A stretch of DNA of 64,000 bases from an uncultured Candidatus Rokubacteria bacterium (GTDB taxonomy: Bacteria; Methylomirabilota; Methylomirabilia; Rokubacteriales; CSP1-6). Positions 44,149-58,122 of the stretch are shown in pieces (position 1 is the stretch's first letter; each line of letters opens with the position of its first letter). The translations under genes were made by a program, and so were the position numbers. The notes beneath the pieces were generated by a model. That model saw only the letters and a program-made list of their open reading frames with translations, was not told the DNA's origin and made no database searches. The stretch spans positions 640,001 through 704,000 of the forward strand of contig CAWBMV010000001.1 of assembly GCA_963789955.1 (NCBI GenBank), written 5' to 3'.

Positions 44149-45747
44149 GCTCACCGTCAACGGCAAGGAGGTCGAGGTCCCCGCGGGGACCAACCTCATC
44201 GAAGCCGCGCGCGCCGCCGGGGTCGAGGTGCCGCACTACTGCTATCACCCGAGCTTGTCGATCGCGGGCCAGTGTCGCCTCTGCATGGTGGACATCGAGA
44301 AGACGCCGCGGCCCACCATCGCGTGCAACACGGTCGCCACCGAGGGCATGGTCGTCAACACCGAGACCGATCGGGTGCGCGAGACGCGGAAGTCGATCAT
44401 GGAGTTCCACCTGATCAACCATCCGCTCGACTGTCCCGTGTGCGATCAGGCCGGGGAGTGCTGGCTTCAGATCTATTACATGAAGCACGGCCTCTACGAC
44501 CCGCGGATGAAGGACGAGAAGGTCCACAAGCCGAAGGCGGTGCCGCTCGGGCCCCACGTCATCCTCGACGCCGAGCGCTGCATTCTCTGCTCGCGGTGCG
44601 TGCGCTTCTGCGACGAGATCACCCACACCGGCGAGCTCGGAATCTTCGACGCGCGGCGACCATTCCGAGATCGGGCTCTTCCCGGGCCACGAGCTCGACA
44701 ACAAGTACTCCGCCAACGTCGTCGACATCTGTCCCGTCGGCGCCTTGACCGACCGCGACTTCCGGTTCCAGGTGCGCGTCTGGTACCTCGACACCGCCAA
44801 GTCGATCTGCCCGGGATGCGCGCGCGGCTGCAACATCGAGGTCCACGTGAATCGCCGCCGTCCCGCACCACGCCGAGGGGCGCCGCGTGGCGCGGCTCAA
44901 GCCGCGCTTCAACGCGGACGTCAACAAGTGGTGGCTCTGCGACGCCGGGCGCTACGGCTTCGGCTTCGTCGACGCTCCGGAGCGGTTGCTCATGCCGGCG
45001 CGGCGCCAGGGCGGTACCAGCTCGGACGTGACGTGGGACGAGGCGATCGCGGCGGTGGCCGAGCCGCTCCGGCGGCTGCCGCCCGATGAGATCGGCATCA
45101 TCGCGTCGCCCAAGATGTCGAACGAGGATCTCTTCGCGCTGCGCCGGCTGGTCGAGCTGCGCGGGATCCGCCACGTCGCGAGCCGGGTGCCGCCGCGCGT
45201 TCCGGGCGACGAGGACAACTTCCTGATCCGCGCCGACAAGAATCCCAACTCGCTCGGCGCCGAGCTGATGGGCCTGGGCGGCGACGCGCGGGCCGTCATC
45301 GAGGCGGCGGGGGCGCGGCGGCTCAAGCTTCTGTGGATCTTCGGGCACGATCTCCTGGCCGGCGACCTGCCGGAGCGCGACGTGCTCGAGGCGCTCCGCG
45401 TCGTCGATACCGTGGTCTTCACCGGCTCGAACGCGAACTGGACCAGCGCCCATTCGCACTGGGTGCTGCCGGCCGCGGCCTGGGTCGAGCGCGAGGGGAC
45501 GTACACGAACTTCGAGGGACGGGTTCAGCGCTTCCGCCAGGCGATCGAGCCGCTGGGCCAGTCGCTGGCCGAATGGGAGATCGTGACCCGCGTGCTGGCG
45601 CCGCTGGGCGAGGCGCCCACGGCGACGCGCGCCGAGCACTGGTTCCGCCAGCTCGCGTCATCGGTGCCGGCCTTTTCGGGACTCAGCTATCAGCTGATCG
45701 GCGACGCGGGGCACCCGCTCGCCGTGACGGGCGCGACGAGCCGATAG
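44141..45747 (+). CDS. nuoG: NADH-quinone oxidoreductase subunit G, short form (two frameshifts)
   Basis: HYCYH..GQCRLC, NHPLDCPVCDQAGEC, CILCSRC, CPGCARGC. Confidence 0.9.
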
Positions 45748-45748
45748 C

Positions 45749-46837
45749 ATGCTGATCGATCTGGCAATCGCGTTCGGCCGCGTGATGTTCGTGATGCTGT
45801 TCGTCCTGAACGTGGCCGCGCTGCTCGGCTGGGTCGAGCGCAAGCAGTCGGCGATCATGCAGGACCGCATCGGCGCGAACCGCGCGTCCATCTTCGGCTT
45901 CCGCGCCCTCGGTCTGTTTCATCCGCTGGCCGACACCCTGAAGATGCTCACCAAGGAAGATTTCCGCCCGGCGCGCGCCGACCGGCTGCTCTTCGAGCTG
46001 GCGCCGGCGGTCTCGGTCTTCTTCGCGCTGGTCGCCTTCGCCTCGATCCCGTTCGGCGACACGCTCCAGGTGGCGGGCCGCGTGGTGCCGCTCCAGGCCG
46101 TCACCTTGAACGTCGGCGTCCTCTACGTGTTCGCGATGCTCTCGCTCGGCGTGTACGGGATCATGATGGCGGGCTGGTCGTCCGCCAACAACTACGCGCT
46201 CCTCGGCGGCCAGCGGGCCGCCGCGCTGATGATCTCGGCCGAGATCGCCATCGGCGCCTCGATCATGGGCGTCGTCATGATCCACGGCTCGCTCAACCTG
46301 ATGGAGATCGTGCGGGGGCAGGGACACCTGCTGTGGGGATGGCTGCCGGCCTGGGGCATCGTCACCCAGCCGCTGGCGTTCATCCTCTTCGTCACCGCCG
46401 GGATCGCCGCGACCAAGCGCATCCCGTTCGACATGCCGGAAGGCGAGTCCGAGATCATCGGCTACTTCGTCGAGTACAGCGGCATGAAGTTCGGGATGTT
46501 CCTGATGACCGACATGGTCGAGACGATCGTGCTCGCGGGCCTGAGCACGTCGCTCTTCCTGGGCGGCTGGCAGATCCCGTTTCTCTTCGCCGAGGGCTTT
46601 CACTTTCCCTGGGGCGCCGGCATCGCGCTCGCGCCGCTGCTGGTGACCATCCTCCAGGTGGGCGCGTTCGTCGGCAAGGTCGCCGTCGTCATCTTCGTGC
46701 TGATGCTGATCCGCTGGACCCTGCCGCGGTTCCGCTATGACCAGGCGATGCGCCTGGGGTGGCTCGGGCTCTTTCCGCTGGCGATCGCCAACATCGTGGT
46801 GACCGGCCTGGTGCTCGCCGCGTGGGGGAATCGATGA
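45749..46837 (+). CDS. nuoH: NADH-quinone oxidoreductase subunit H, cluster 2
   Basis: ERKQSAIMQDRIG, PFDMPEGESE, RWTLPRFRYDQ. Confidence 0.94.
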   Translation: MLIDLAIAFGRVMFVMLFVLNVAALLGWVERKQSAIMQDRIGANRASIFGFRALGLFHPLADTLKMLTKEDFRPARADRLLFELAPAVSVFFALVAFASIPFGDTLQVAGRVVPLQAVTLNVGVLYVFAMLSLGVYGIMMAGWSSANNYALLGGQRAAALMISAEIAIGASIMGVVMIHGSLNLMEIVRGQGHLLWGWLPAWGIVTQPLAFILFVTAGIAATKRIPFDMPEGESEIIGYFVEYSGMKFGMFLMTDMVETIVLAGLSTSLFLGGWQIPFLFAEGFHFPWGAGIALAPLLVTILQVGAFVGKVAVVIFVLMLIRWTLPRFRYDQAMRLGWLGLFPLAIANIVVTGLVLAAWGNR

Positions 46838-47382
46838 GCCCGATGAATCTGCGCCAGCGGTTCTATCTGGTCGAGGTGCTCACGGGGCTCGGCCTGACGG
46901 CCGCGCACTTCTTTCGCAACATGGGCCGCCACACCGCCCGCGCCTTCGGCCGAAAGGGCACCAGCGGCGCGGTCACGATCCAGTACCCGGAGGAGCGGCG
47001 GCCGTATTCGCCCCGCCTGCGCTCGCTGCATCGTCTGGTGCGGCGCGAGGACGGCTCGCCGCGCTGCGTGGCCTGCATGATGTGCGAGACCGTCTGTCCC
47101 GCGCACTGCATCTACATCGTCGCGGACGAGCACCCGAACCCCGAGATCGAGAAGATGCCCCGGCGCTTCGACATCGATCTCGGCAAGTGCGTGTTCTGCG
47201 GCTACTGCGTGGAAGCGTGCCCCGAGGACGCGATCCGCATGGACACCGGCATCCTGGAGTTCTCGTCCTACAGCCGCGGTGGGATGATCTATAGCAAGGA
47301 GATGCTGCTGTCGCTCGAGCCCGCCGACCCGACCGGCCGCCCGCGCTCGCCGATCCCGCTCCCGGCCAACCGGAGGGCATGA
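46834..47382 (+). CDS. nuoI: NADH-quinone oxidoreductase subunit I, cluster 2
   Basis: TIQYPEE, CVACMMCETVCP, CVFCGYCVEACP. Confidence 0.94.
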   Translation: MSPMNLRQRFYLVEVLTGLGLTAAHFFRNMGRHTARAFGRKGTSGAVTIQYPEERRPYSPRLRSLHRLVRREDGSPRCVACMMCETVCPAHCIYIVADEHPNPEIEKMPRRFDIDLGKCVFCGYCVEACPEDAIRMDTGILEFSSYSRGGMIYSKEMLLSLEPADPTGRPRSPIPLPANRRA

Positions 47383-47876
47383 TGGCGCACGTGGCATTCT
47401 TCGCCATCGCGGCGATCGCCGTCGCCTCCGCGCTGGGGCTCATCCTGAGACCGAACGCCATTCACGGCGCCCTGTTCCTGGTCGTCAACCTCGGATCGGT
47501 CGCCGCGCTCTATCTGATGCTGGGCGCCGAGTTCCTGGCCGCCGCGCAGGTCATCGTCTACGCGGGCGCGATCATGGTGCTCTTCGTCTTCGCGATCATG
47601 GTGCTGATCCCCGGCAAGGAGGAAAGCGGCCCCGATCCCCGGCGCGGCGCGCGGGTGCTCGCGGTGCCGGTCGGCGGACTGCTCCTCCTGCTGCTGGTCT
47701 TCGTCGTCATCGGGCGCTGGAGCGTCCCGCGCGGTCCGGTGGGGCCCAGCGGGAGCGCCGACGCGCTCGGTCGGCTGCTCTTCACGAGCTACCTGTTTCC
47801 GTTCGAGCTGACCTCGGTGCTCTTGCTGGCCGCGATGGTCGGCGTGCTGCTCCTGGCCAGGCGCCGTCCCGGATGA
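47379..47876 (+). CDS. nuoJ: NADH-quinone oxidoreductase subunit J, cluster 2
   Basis: AEFLAAAQVIVYAGAIMVLF, PFELTSVLLL. Confidence 0.93.
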   Translation: MMAHVAFFAIAAIAVASALGLILRPNAIHGALFLVVNLGSVAALYLMLGAEFLAAAQVIVYAGAIMVLFVFAIMVLIPGKEESGPDPRRGARVLAVPVGGLLLLLLVFVVIGRWSVPRGPVGPSGSADALGRLLFTSYLFPFELTSVLLLAAMVGVLLLARRRPG

Positions 47877-47885
47877 TGGAACGAC

Positions 47886-48188
47886 ATGGTGCCTGAGAGC
47901 TACTATGTAGTGTTGTCGGCGATTCTGTTCTCGATCGGCGTCGTGGGCGTCGTGATCCGGCGCAACCCACTGGTCATCTTCATGTCGATCGAGCTCATGC
48001 TGAACGCGGCGAATCTTGCGCTGGTGGCGTTTGGCCAGCGCTTCGGCAACCTCGACGGCCAGGCCGTCGTTTTCTTCGTGATGGCGGTGGCGGCGGCGGA
48101 GGTCGCCGTCGGGCTGGCGATCATCGTAACGATCTTTCGCGTCCGCCGGCGGCTGTCGGTGGACGATCTGAGCCTCATGCGCTGGTAG
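47886..48188 (+). CDS. nuoK: NADH-quinone oxidoreductase subunit K, cluster 2
   Basis: [21 protein letters not shown]. Confidence 0.94.
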   Translation: MVPESYYVVLSAILFSIGVVGVVIRRNPLVIFMSIELMLNAANLALVAFGQRFGNLDGQAVVFFVMAVAAAEVAVGLAIIVTIFRVRRRLSVDDLSLMRW

Positions 48189-48200
48189 CAGGGAGGAATC

Positions 48201-49214
48201 ATGGCCAAGACACTGACACGGAGTGAGGCATCGTCTTCAGGGTTTGGCGTCGACGCCGAGGCCGCGAAGCGGCTCTTGTCGGAGATGCTCCTGATCCGCC
48301 GCTTCGAGGAAAAGGCGGCCGAGGCGTACGCGCTCGGGAAGATCGGCGGCTTCCTCCATCTCTACATCGGTGAAGAAGCGGTGGCGGTCGGCGCGACGTC
48401 GGTGCTCCGGCCCGACGACTACGCGATCTCGGCCTACCGCGAGCACGGCCATTGCCTGGCCAAGGGCTCGGATCCCAAGCGGATGATGGCCGAGCTCTTC
48501 GGCCGACGCGACGGGCTCTCCAAGGGCAAGGGCGGGTCGATGCATCTGTTCGACCGCACCACCAATTTCCTCGGCGGCCACGCGATCGTCGGGGCGCACC
48601 TGCCGATCGCGGTCGGGGTCGGCTTCGCCATCAAGTACCGGGGCGGCGACCAGGTGATCGTGTGCTACTTCGGCGACGGCGCGGTGCCGGAGGGCGAGTT
48701 CCACGAAGCGATGAATCTCGCGGCGCTGTGGAAGCTGCCGGTCATCTTTCTGTGCGAGAACAACCGCTACGCGATGGGCACCTCGGTCGAGCGCGCGCTC
48801 GCTCAGACGGAGATCTGGAAGTTCGGACAGACCTACGGCATTCCGGCCGAGCGCGTGGACGGCATGGACGTCCTCGCGGTGCGCGACGTGGTCGGCCGCG
48901 CGGTCGCCCGGACACGGCAGCAGAAGGTTCCGGCGCTGATCGAGGCCGATACCTATCGCTACCGCGGCCACTCGATGCGCGATCCGGCCGGCGCCGTCTA
49001 TCGCACGAAGGAAGAAGTGGAGCGCGAGAAGCTTCGCGACCCGATCGTGCTGTTCCGCGACAAGATCCTGACCGCGGGTCTTCTCTCCGAGGCCGACATC
49101 CGTGCGGCCGAGAAGGACGTCAGCGACCGGATCGACGAGGCGGTGGCTTACGCCGACGCCTCGCCGGAGCCGCCCGGCGAGTGGCTCTTCACCGATATCT
49201 ACAAGGAGGCGTGA
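48201..49214 (+). CDS. pdhA: Pyruvate dehydrogenase E1 alpha
   Basis: [35 protein letters not shown]. Confidence 0.93.
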   Translation: MAKTLTRSEASSSGFGVDAEAAKRLLSEMLLIRRFEEKAAEAYALGKIGGFLHLYIGEEAVAVGATSVLRPDDYAISAYREHGHCLAKGSDPKRMMAELFGRRDGLSKGKGGSMHLFDRTTNFLGGHAIVGAHLPIAVGVGFAIKYRGGDQVIVCYFGDGAVPEGEFHEAMNLAALWKLPVIFLCENNRYAMGTSVERALAQTEIWKFGQTYGIPAERVDGMDVLAVRDVVGRAVARTRQQKVPALIEADTYRYRGHSMRDPAGAVYRTKEEVEREKLRDPIVLFRDKILTAGLLSEADIRAAEKDVSDRIDEAVAYADASPEPPGEWLFTDIYKEA

Positions 49215-49216
49215 CG

Positions 49217-50205
49217 ATGGCGGTGATGACCTATCGCGAAGCGCTGAACATGGCGCTGCGCGAGGAGATGCGCCGCGATCCGAACGTCTTCGTGATCGGC
49301 GAGGAAGTCGGCCTGTACGAGGGCGCCTACAAGGTCACGCAGGGGCTCCTGAAGGAGTTCGGGCCCCAGCGCATCGTCGACACGCCGATCGCCGAGTCCG
49401 GGTTCACGGGTGTCGGGATCGGCGCGGCGATGGTCGGGCTGCGCCCGGTCGTCGAGATGATGACCTTCAACTTCGCCCTGCTGGCGCTCGACCAGATCGT
49501 CAACTCGGCCGCCAAGATCAACTACATGTCGGGTGGTCAGTTCAACGTGCCGATCGTCATTCGCGGTCCGGGCGGGCCGGCGGCGCAGCTGGCCGCCCAG
49601 CACTCGCAGTCGATGGAGACGTACTTCTATCACGTGCCGGGCTGAAGGTCGTGCGCCCGACGACGCCGATGGACGCCAAGGGCCTCCTGAAGTCGTCGAT
49701 CCGTGACGACAACCCGGTGATCTTCATCGAGTCCGAGACGCTCTACAACGTGAAGGGCGAAGTTCCGGAGGATCCCGACTTCCTCATTCCGCTCGGCCAG
49801 GCGATCGTGCGCCGCGAAGGGACGGACGTCACCGTCATCGCCTACATGGGCATGATGTACCGGGCGATGGAGGCCGCCGAGGAGCTCGAGAAAGAAGGCA
49901 TCTCCGTCGAGCTCGTCGATCCGCGCACGCTCCGTCCGATGGACACCGAGACCATCATCAAGTCGGTGCGCAAGACCCACCGGGTCGTCGTCGTCGAAGC
50001 GGGCGCGGGCTTCGCGGGCATGGGCTCGGAGATCGCCGCGTCCGTGACCGAGCAGGCCTTCGACGATCTGGACGCGCCGGTCGAGCGCGTGACCGGCGCC
50101 AATGCGCCCATGCCGTATGCTCGCAATCTCGAGAAGCTCAAGACGCCGTCGAAGGACAGGATCGTCGCGGCGATCCGACGCGTGTGTAACGCGAACGGGA
50201 GCTGA
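49217..50205 (+). CDS. pdhB: Pyruvate dehydrogenase E1 beta (frameshift near 49640)
   Basis: [28 protein letters not shown]. Confidence 0.93.
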
Positions 50206-50208
50206 GCC

Positions 50209-51578
50209 ATGGCCGTCACGAAGGTCGTCATGCCCAAGCTCTCCGACGCGATGGAGAGCGGCAAGATCATCAAGTGGCTCAAGAAGGAAGGCGACCAGGT
50301 CAAGGGCGGGGACATCCTGGCCGAGGTCGAGACGGACAAAGCCGACGTCGAAATGGAAGCGTTCGGCGCTGGCGTTCTGCGCAAGATTCTCGTCCCGGCG
50401 GGCGAGACCGCTGCCATCGGGGCTCTGATCGGGGTCATTGCCGAGCCCGGCGATGACATCGCCGCGCTCGTCGCTTCCGCGCCGGCGGGGGCGGGTGCCG
50501 GGTCAGGCCCGGCTGCTCAGAAAACCCCACTTCGCGCCGAGCCTGCCCCGGCACCCACCCCCGCCGGCGCGGCCTCGGCGGCCGCTTCGGCGTCTCGTCC
50601 GGCTGCGGTGACTCGCGCCGGCTCCGGCGGCGCCGGCTGCTCGGCCGGCGGCGGTGGTCAGCGCGCCCGCCGCCGCTCCCGCTGGCCTAGGGCAAGGAGC
50701 GCAAGGCGGGCGGGTGAAGGCGTCGCCGTTGGCGAAGAAGATTGCGGCGCAGAGCGGGGTCGACCTGCGGCTGCTGCACGGGTCGGGGCCGGGGGGGCGG
50801 ATCATTCGGCGCGATGTCGAGGCCGCCGGCTCGAGTACCGCCGGCATCAGCGCCGCGTCGGCCGTCGCGATGCCCGCGGCCGCCGTCTCGGGGGCGGAGT
50901 TCGAGGATGTGCCGCTCACGCAGATTCGGGCGGCGATCGCGCGCCGGATGCCTCTGTCCAAGGCGCCGGTACCGCACTTCTACGTCACGAGCGAAGTCGC
51001 GATGGACCGGGCGTGGGAGCTGCGCGAGCAGCTGAACGCGCTGGAAGGGTCAGCCCAAGATCTCCGTCAACGACTTCGTGATCCGGGCGAGCGCGCTGGC
51101 GCTCTTGAAGCACCCCGGGGTCAATGCCTCGCTGCAGGGCGACGCGATCCGCGTCTATCACCGGGCGCACATCGGCATCGCCGTCGCGCTCGACGACGGG
51201 CTCATCACCCCCGTGCTGCGCGACTGCCACGCCAAGCCGCTTGCCCAGATCGCCGTCGAGGCGCGCGATCTCGCCGAGCGCGCGCGCAATCGCAAGCTTC
51301 GCGCTCCGGAGCTCTCCGGCGCGACCTTCTCGATCTCGAACCTCGGCATGTTCGACGTGGCCGAGTTCTCCGCGATCATCAATCCGCCCGAGGGCGCGAT
51401 CCTGGCGGTCGGGTCGGTGCGCCGCGTGCCGGTGGTGGACGAGACCGGGCTCGGCGTCGGCCGGCGGATGATGCTGACGATTTCGTGCGATCACCGCGTG
51501 ATGGACGGCGCGATGGGCGCCAGGTTCCTGCAGGACGTCAAGCACCTGCTCGAAGAGCCGCTGCGGCTCCTCGTCTGA
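50209..51578 (+). CDS. pdhC: Dihydrolipoamide acetyltransferase E2 (frameshifts near 50630 and 51050)
   Basis: Lipoyl motif VETDKA; KASPLAKK..GSGPGGRI binding domain; SCDHRVMDG. Confidence 0.92.
50477..50572. repeat. Long in-frame palindrome inside the pdhC linker
   Basis: 37-bp inverted arms 50477-50513 and 50536-50572 with 3 mismatches; 22-nt loop containing AACCCCACT. Confidence 0.85.
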
Positions 51579-51580
51579 CG

Positions 51581-52963
51581 ATGGCGACCCACAAGTTCGA
51601 TGTCGTGGTGGTCGGCACCGGGCCGGGCGGCTACGTCTCGGCGATCCGGTGCGCCCAGCTCGGGCTTTCGGTCGCGACGGTGGAGGACGACCGTCCGGGC
51701 GGTGTGTGCCTGAACTGGGGCTGCATCCCGACCAAGGCGCTGCTGCGGAACGCCGAAGTCGTCAACCTGATGGGCCACGCGGCGGATTTCGGTATCAAGC
51801 TGACCGGCTTCGAGGCGAGCTACCCCGAGGCGGTCCAGCGGAGCCGCCGGGTCGCCGATCGCATGGCCAAGGGCGTCGAGTTCCTCTTCCGAAAGAACAA
51901 GATCACCCTGTTCCCGGGCCGGGGCACGCTGAAGGCGAAGAACGTCGTCGAGGTGAAGGGGACCGGCGGCTCCGAGACGCTCGAGGCGCGCGCGGTCATT
52001 CTGGGCACCGGTTCGGAGCCGAAGTCGCTTCCGGGCGTCACCATCGACGAGAAGACCGTGATCTCCTCGAACGGCGCCGTACGGAACGAGCGCCATCCCA
52101 AGTCGATCGCGGTCATCGGCGCCGGCGCCGTCGGGGTCGAGTTCGCCGACGTCTTCGCCTCGTACGGTGTCCAGGTCACGATCCTCGAGGCGCTCCCGCG
52201 CGTCGTCCCCGTCGAGGACGAAGAGGTCTCGAAGGAGCTGGCGCGGACGTTCACCCGGCGGGGGATCACGATCAAGACCGGCGTCAAGGTCGCCTCCGTG
52301 AAGCCCGGGGGCGCCGGAGTCGTCGTCGACCTCGGTGGCGAGAAGCTCGAGGTGGAGCAGGTCCTGATGGCGGTCGGCCGGGCGGCGAAGGTCGCCGGCC
52401 TCGGGCTCGAGGGCCTGGGCGTCCAGCTCGAGCGCGGGTTCGTCAAGGTCTCGCCGACCATGGAGACCTCGGTGAAGGGGATCTACGCGATCGGCGACAT
52501 GGCGGGCGCGCCGCTGCTCGCGCACAAGGCCATGGCCGAGGGCGTCGTCGCGGCCGAGGCGATCGCCGGCAAGAGCCCGCGGCCCGTCGACTATGGCAAC
52601 GTGCCCTCGTGCACGTACTGCCGTCCGCAGATCGCCTCGGTCGGCTCGACGGAAGCGCGCGCCCGCGAGGCCGGACGCGAGGTGTCGGTGGGGCGGTTTC
52701 CGTTCACGGCGAACGGCAAGGCCGTCGCGCTGGGCGAGACGGAGGGCTTCGTCAAGGTGATCGCCGACAAGGCGACCGGCGAGATCCTCGGTGCTCACAT
52801 CATCGGCCCCGAGGCGACCGAGATGATCCACGAGTTCGCCGTCGGCCGCACCCTCGAGGCCACGCTCGAGGAGATCATCCACACGATCCACGCCCACCCG
52901 ACCTTGTCCGAAGCCGCCCTCGAGGCGACGCTCGCCGCGCTCGGCCAGGCCATCCACATCTGA
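51581..52963 (+). CDS. lpdA: Dihydrolipoamide dehydrogenase E3
   Basis: GTGPGGY, GGVCLNWGCIP, HAHPTLSE. Confidence 0.96.
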   Translation: MATHKFDVVVVGTGPGGYVSAIRCAQLGLSVATVEDDRPGGVCLNWGCIPTKALLRNAEVVNLMGHAADFGIKLTGFEASYPEAVQRSRRVADRMAKGVEFLFRKNKITLFPGRGTLKAKNVVEVKGTGGSETLEARAVILGTGSEPKSLPGVTIDEKTVISSNGAVRNERHPKSIAVIGAGAVGVEFADVFASYGVQVTILEALPRVVPVEDEEVSKELARTFTRRGITIKTGVKVASVKPGGAGVVVDLGGEKLEVEQVLMAVGRAAKVAGLGLEGLGVQLERGFVKVSPTMETSVKGIYAIGDMAGAPLLAHKAMAEGVVAAEAIAGKSPRPVDYGNVPSCTYCRPQIASVGSTEARAREAGREVSVGRFPFTANGKAVALGETEGFVKVIADKATGEILGAHIIGPEATEMIHEFAVGRTLEATLEEIIHTIHAHPTLSEAALEATLAALGQAIHI

Positions 52964-52996
52964 GCGAACGGGCCGGCGCTCGACGCCGGCGGCCGG

Positions 52997-53395
52997 TCAG
53001 TGGTGGTGCAGGAACGGCAGGGAGAAGAGCGGGACGAATCCGTTCACGGCGAGCAACACGCCGAGGACGGCCAGGACCAGCGAGAACCGAGAACATCTGG
53101 CGCGAGGTGGAGAGGATGGCCACTGAGGCGCTGACGGCTCCGCCAGCTGCATCTCGAGCAGCATCTTCTGGGCGCGGTACTGGTGCTCGCGGATCACCTT
53201 GGCCTGGTAGAACGACCACTGGTCGGAGGATTGCTGCTGGGACAGCAGCATCTCCTTGACGGTGTTGTTGCCGCCGAGCGAGGCGATCGAGAGGACGATC
53301 GCGTAGATCGCCGTGGTGAGCGCGGCGCGCCGGCCGAACGCCGTCTCGCCGCGCTCGTGGATCTCGTCGGGGTTGGGGACCTCGAGCTCAGCCAC
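52997..53395 (-). CDS. DUF4337-like membrane protein, apparently with an internal deletion
   Basis: DQWSFYQAK motif; C-terminal SASVAILSTSRQMF lies in another frame directly after LAEPS. Confidence 0.6.
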   Translation of the reverse strand: MAELEVPNPDEIHERGETAFGRRAALTTAIYAIVLSIASLGGNNTVKEMLLSQQQSSDQWSFYQAKVIREHQYRAQKMLLEMQLAEPSAPQWPSSPPRARCSRFSLVLAVLGVLLAVNGFVPLFSLPFLHHH

Positions 53396-53705
53396 GCGAC
53401 TCGCTGGAGCCTCTACGGATCTCCTCTCGCATGGCGTCGCGGCCCGCCTCGAACGCGCTCATGAGGCGCTGCGTCTGCTCCTCGAAGATCTCCCGACTCT
53501 TGTCGAGCCACTCGCCGGCGCGGCCCTGCGCCTCGTTGGCGAACTCCTGAGCGCGGCGCCCCAGGTCGCCGCCGTGCTCGGCCAGGAGCTCGCGCGCCTG
53601 CGCGCCGGTCTTCGGCGTCATCAGCAGCGCGACCCCGGCGCCGACCACCGCGCCGAACAGGAACCAGCCCATGTAGCCACCTGCGTCGCGTCGATCATTG
53701 CTCAT
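53388..53705 (-). CDS. YtxH-like protein
   Basis: FLFGAVVGAGVALLMTPKTGAQAR followed by a helical tail. Confidence 0.85.
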   Translation of the reverse strand: MSNDRRDAGGYMGWFLFGAVVGAGVALLMTPKTGAQARELLAEHGGDLGRRAQEFANEAQGRAGEWLDKSREIFEEQTQRLMSAFEAGRDAMREEIRRGSSESRG

Positions 53706-54087
53706 GTTGATCTCCTTGATGCCTGAGACGATGGACGAACACGTCGATGCCCCTCTTGAGGCCCGCCGCCACGCCGACGATCTGGCCGGCGCGGGTCAGG
53801 CTGCCGAGCGTCGTGACGATCCGGCCGAGCCCGGCCGCGACGACCTCCACCCGGTCGGTGACGGCGCCGACACGCTCGAGCTCGCGACCCGCCTCGCGCG
53901 TGAGCCCCCGTACGTCCTCGGTGAGCGCGAGCCCTTGGCCGATCAGCGGCCTCAGCTCCTGCTCGACGATGGCCAGCACCGCTTCGGCCCGCTGCGCCAC
54001 CCCTCTGAGCGCCCAGACCGCGGCGACCAGCGCCACCAACAGCGCAAACGCCGCCAGAGAGAGGAGCATCTGGACCCAGAAGGGCAT
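53695..54087 (-). CDS. DUF948 (YoxC/YtxG-like) membrane-anchored protein
   Basis: N-terminal TM then coiled coil; usual neighbour of YtxH. Confidence 0.7.
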   Translation of the reverse strand: MPFWVQMLLSLAAFALLVALVAAVWALRGVAQRAEAVLAIVEQELRPLIGQGLALTEDVRGLTREAGRELERVGAVTDRVEVVAAGLGRIVTTLGSLTRAGQIVGVAAGLKRGIDVFVHRLRHQGDQHEQ

Positions 54088-54141
54088 GGGGCTGAATTAT
54101 TGGTGGATAATGGACCGGAAGTCAATGAAACTAGGACCTTG

Positions 54142-57267
<3,126 letters not shown>

Positions 57268-57269
57268 GC

Positions 57270-58082
57270 ATGCGGGTTCGGACCCTCATCGGCCTCGCGG
57301 TGCTGGCCGCGCTCGCCGCCGTCGCGTCGAACGCCGCCGCCGGGATGGCCGATCGTGTCGGGGCGACCTTCGCGCTCATGGTCGACGACGTCAGCAAGGC
57401 GTTCAGCCCCCTCGAGGGCCTCGTGATCAACATCGAAGGAAACACGATCTACCTCGACATCGGCGAGAGCGGGGGCGCCCAGGTCGGTCAGGAGTTCACC
57501 ATCTTCCGCAAGGGCGAGGAGTTTTTTCACCCGATCACACGGAAGGTGCTCGGCCGGTACGAAGACGTTCTCGGCTACGCCCAGATCCGCACGGTGCAGC
57601 CCCGATTCTCGGAGGCGCTCTACGTCCCGATCGAGGGCAAACCGCTGCCGCAGGCCGACGACGGCGTCAGGATCACACGTGGGCGAATCAAGGTCGCGAT
57701 CACGCCGGTGCTCGACCTGACGGAAGCGAAGGACAAGCCGGACCTGCGCCGCGTCCCCTATCTCCTGGCGATCGCGCTCGAGGGCTCGAAGCGCTTCCAG
57801 GTGGTCGATCCCCTCACGGTGAGTGACCTCTTCGCGAACGGCGGCGCCCACGTTCAGGAAATCCTGGCCATTCAGGACCGGGCCGTTCGGGTGTCGAAGA
57901 AGCTCGAGGTGTCGGGTTGGGTCGTGCCGGTCCTGATCCAGCGACGGGGCATCGTGTATCTCGACGCGACCTGGATCTCGGCCGTCACGGGCACGGCCCT
58001 GTTCTCCCGCCGTGCGCCGCTGCTGCCGCCGGCCGCCGCGGAAGAGCAGCGCTTCCCGTGGGAACCTGCCAGCGAAGACTGA
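57270..58082 (+). CDS. Secreted hypothetical protein with FlgT C-terminal-like beta domain
   Basis: Signal peptide; IYLDIG..G..VGQEFTIFR.GE..HPITRKVLG. Confidence 0.6.
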   Translation: MRVRTLIGLAVLAALAAVASNAAAGMADRVGATFALMVDDVSKAFSPLEGLVINIEGNTIYLDIGESGGAQVGQEFTIFRKGEEFFHPITRKVLGRYEDVLGYAQIRTVQPRFSEALYVPIEGKPLPQADDGVRITRGRIKVAITPVLDLTEAKDKPDLRRVPYLLAIALEGSKRFQVVDPLTVSDLFANGGAHVQEILAIQDRAVRVSKKLEVSGWVVPVLIQRRGIVYLDATWISAVTGTALFSRRAPLLPPAAAEEQRFPWEPASED

Positions 58083-58122
58083 TGTCTTGCCCGCTTCACC
58101 CTGCTATGGTATGGGCGGCATC

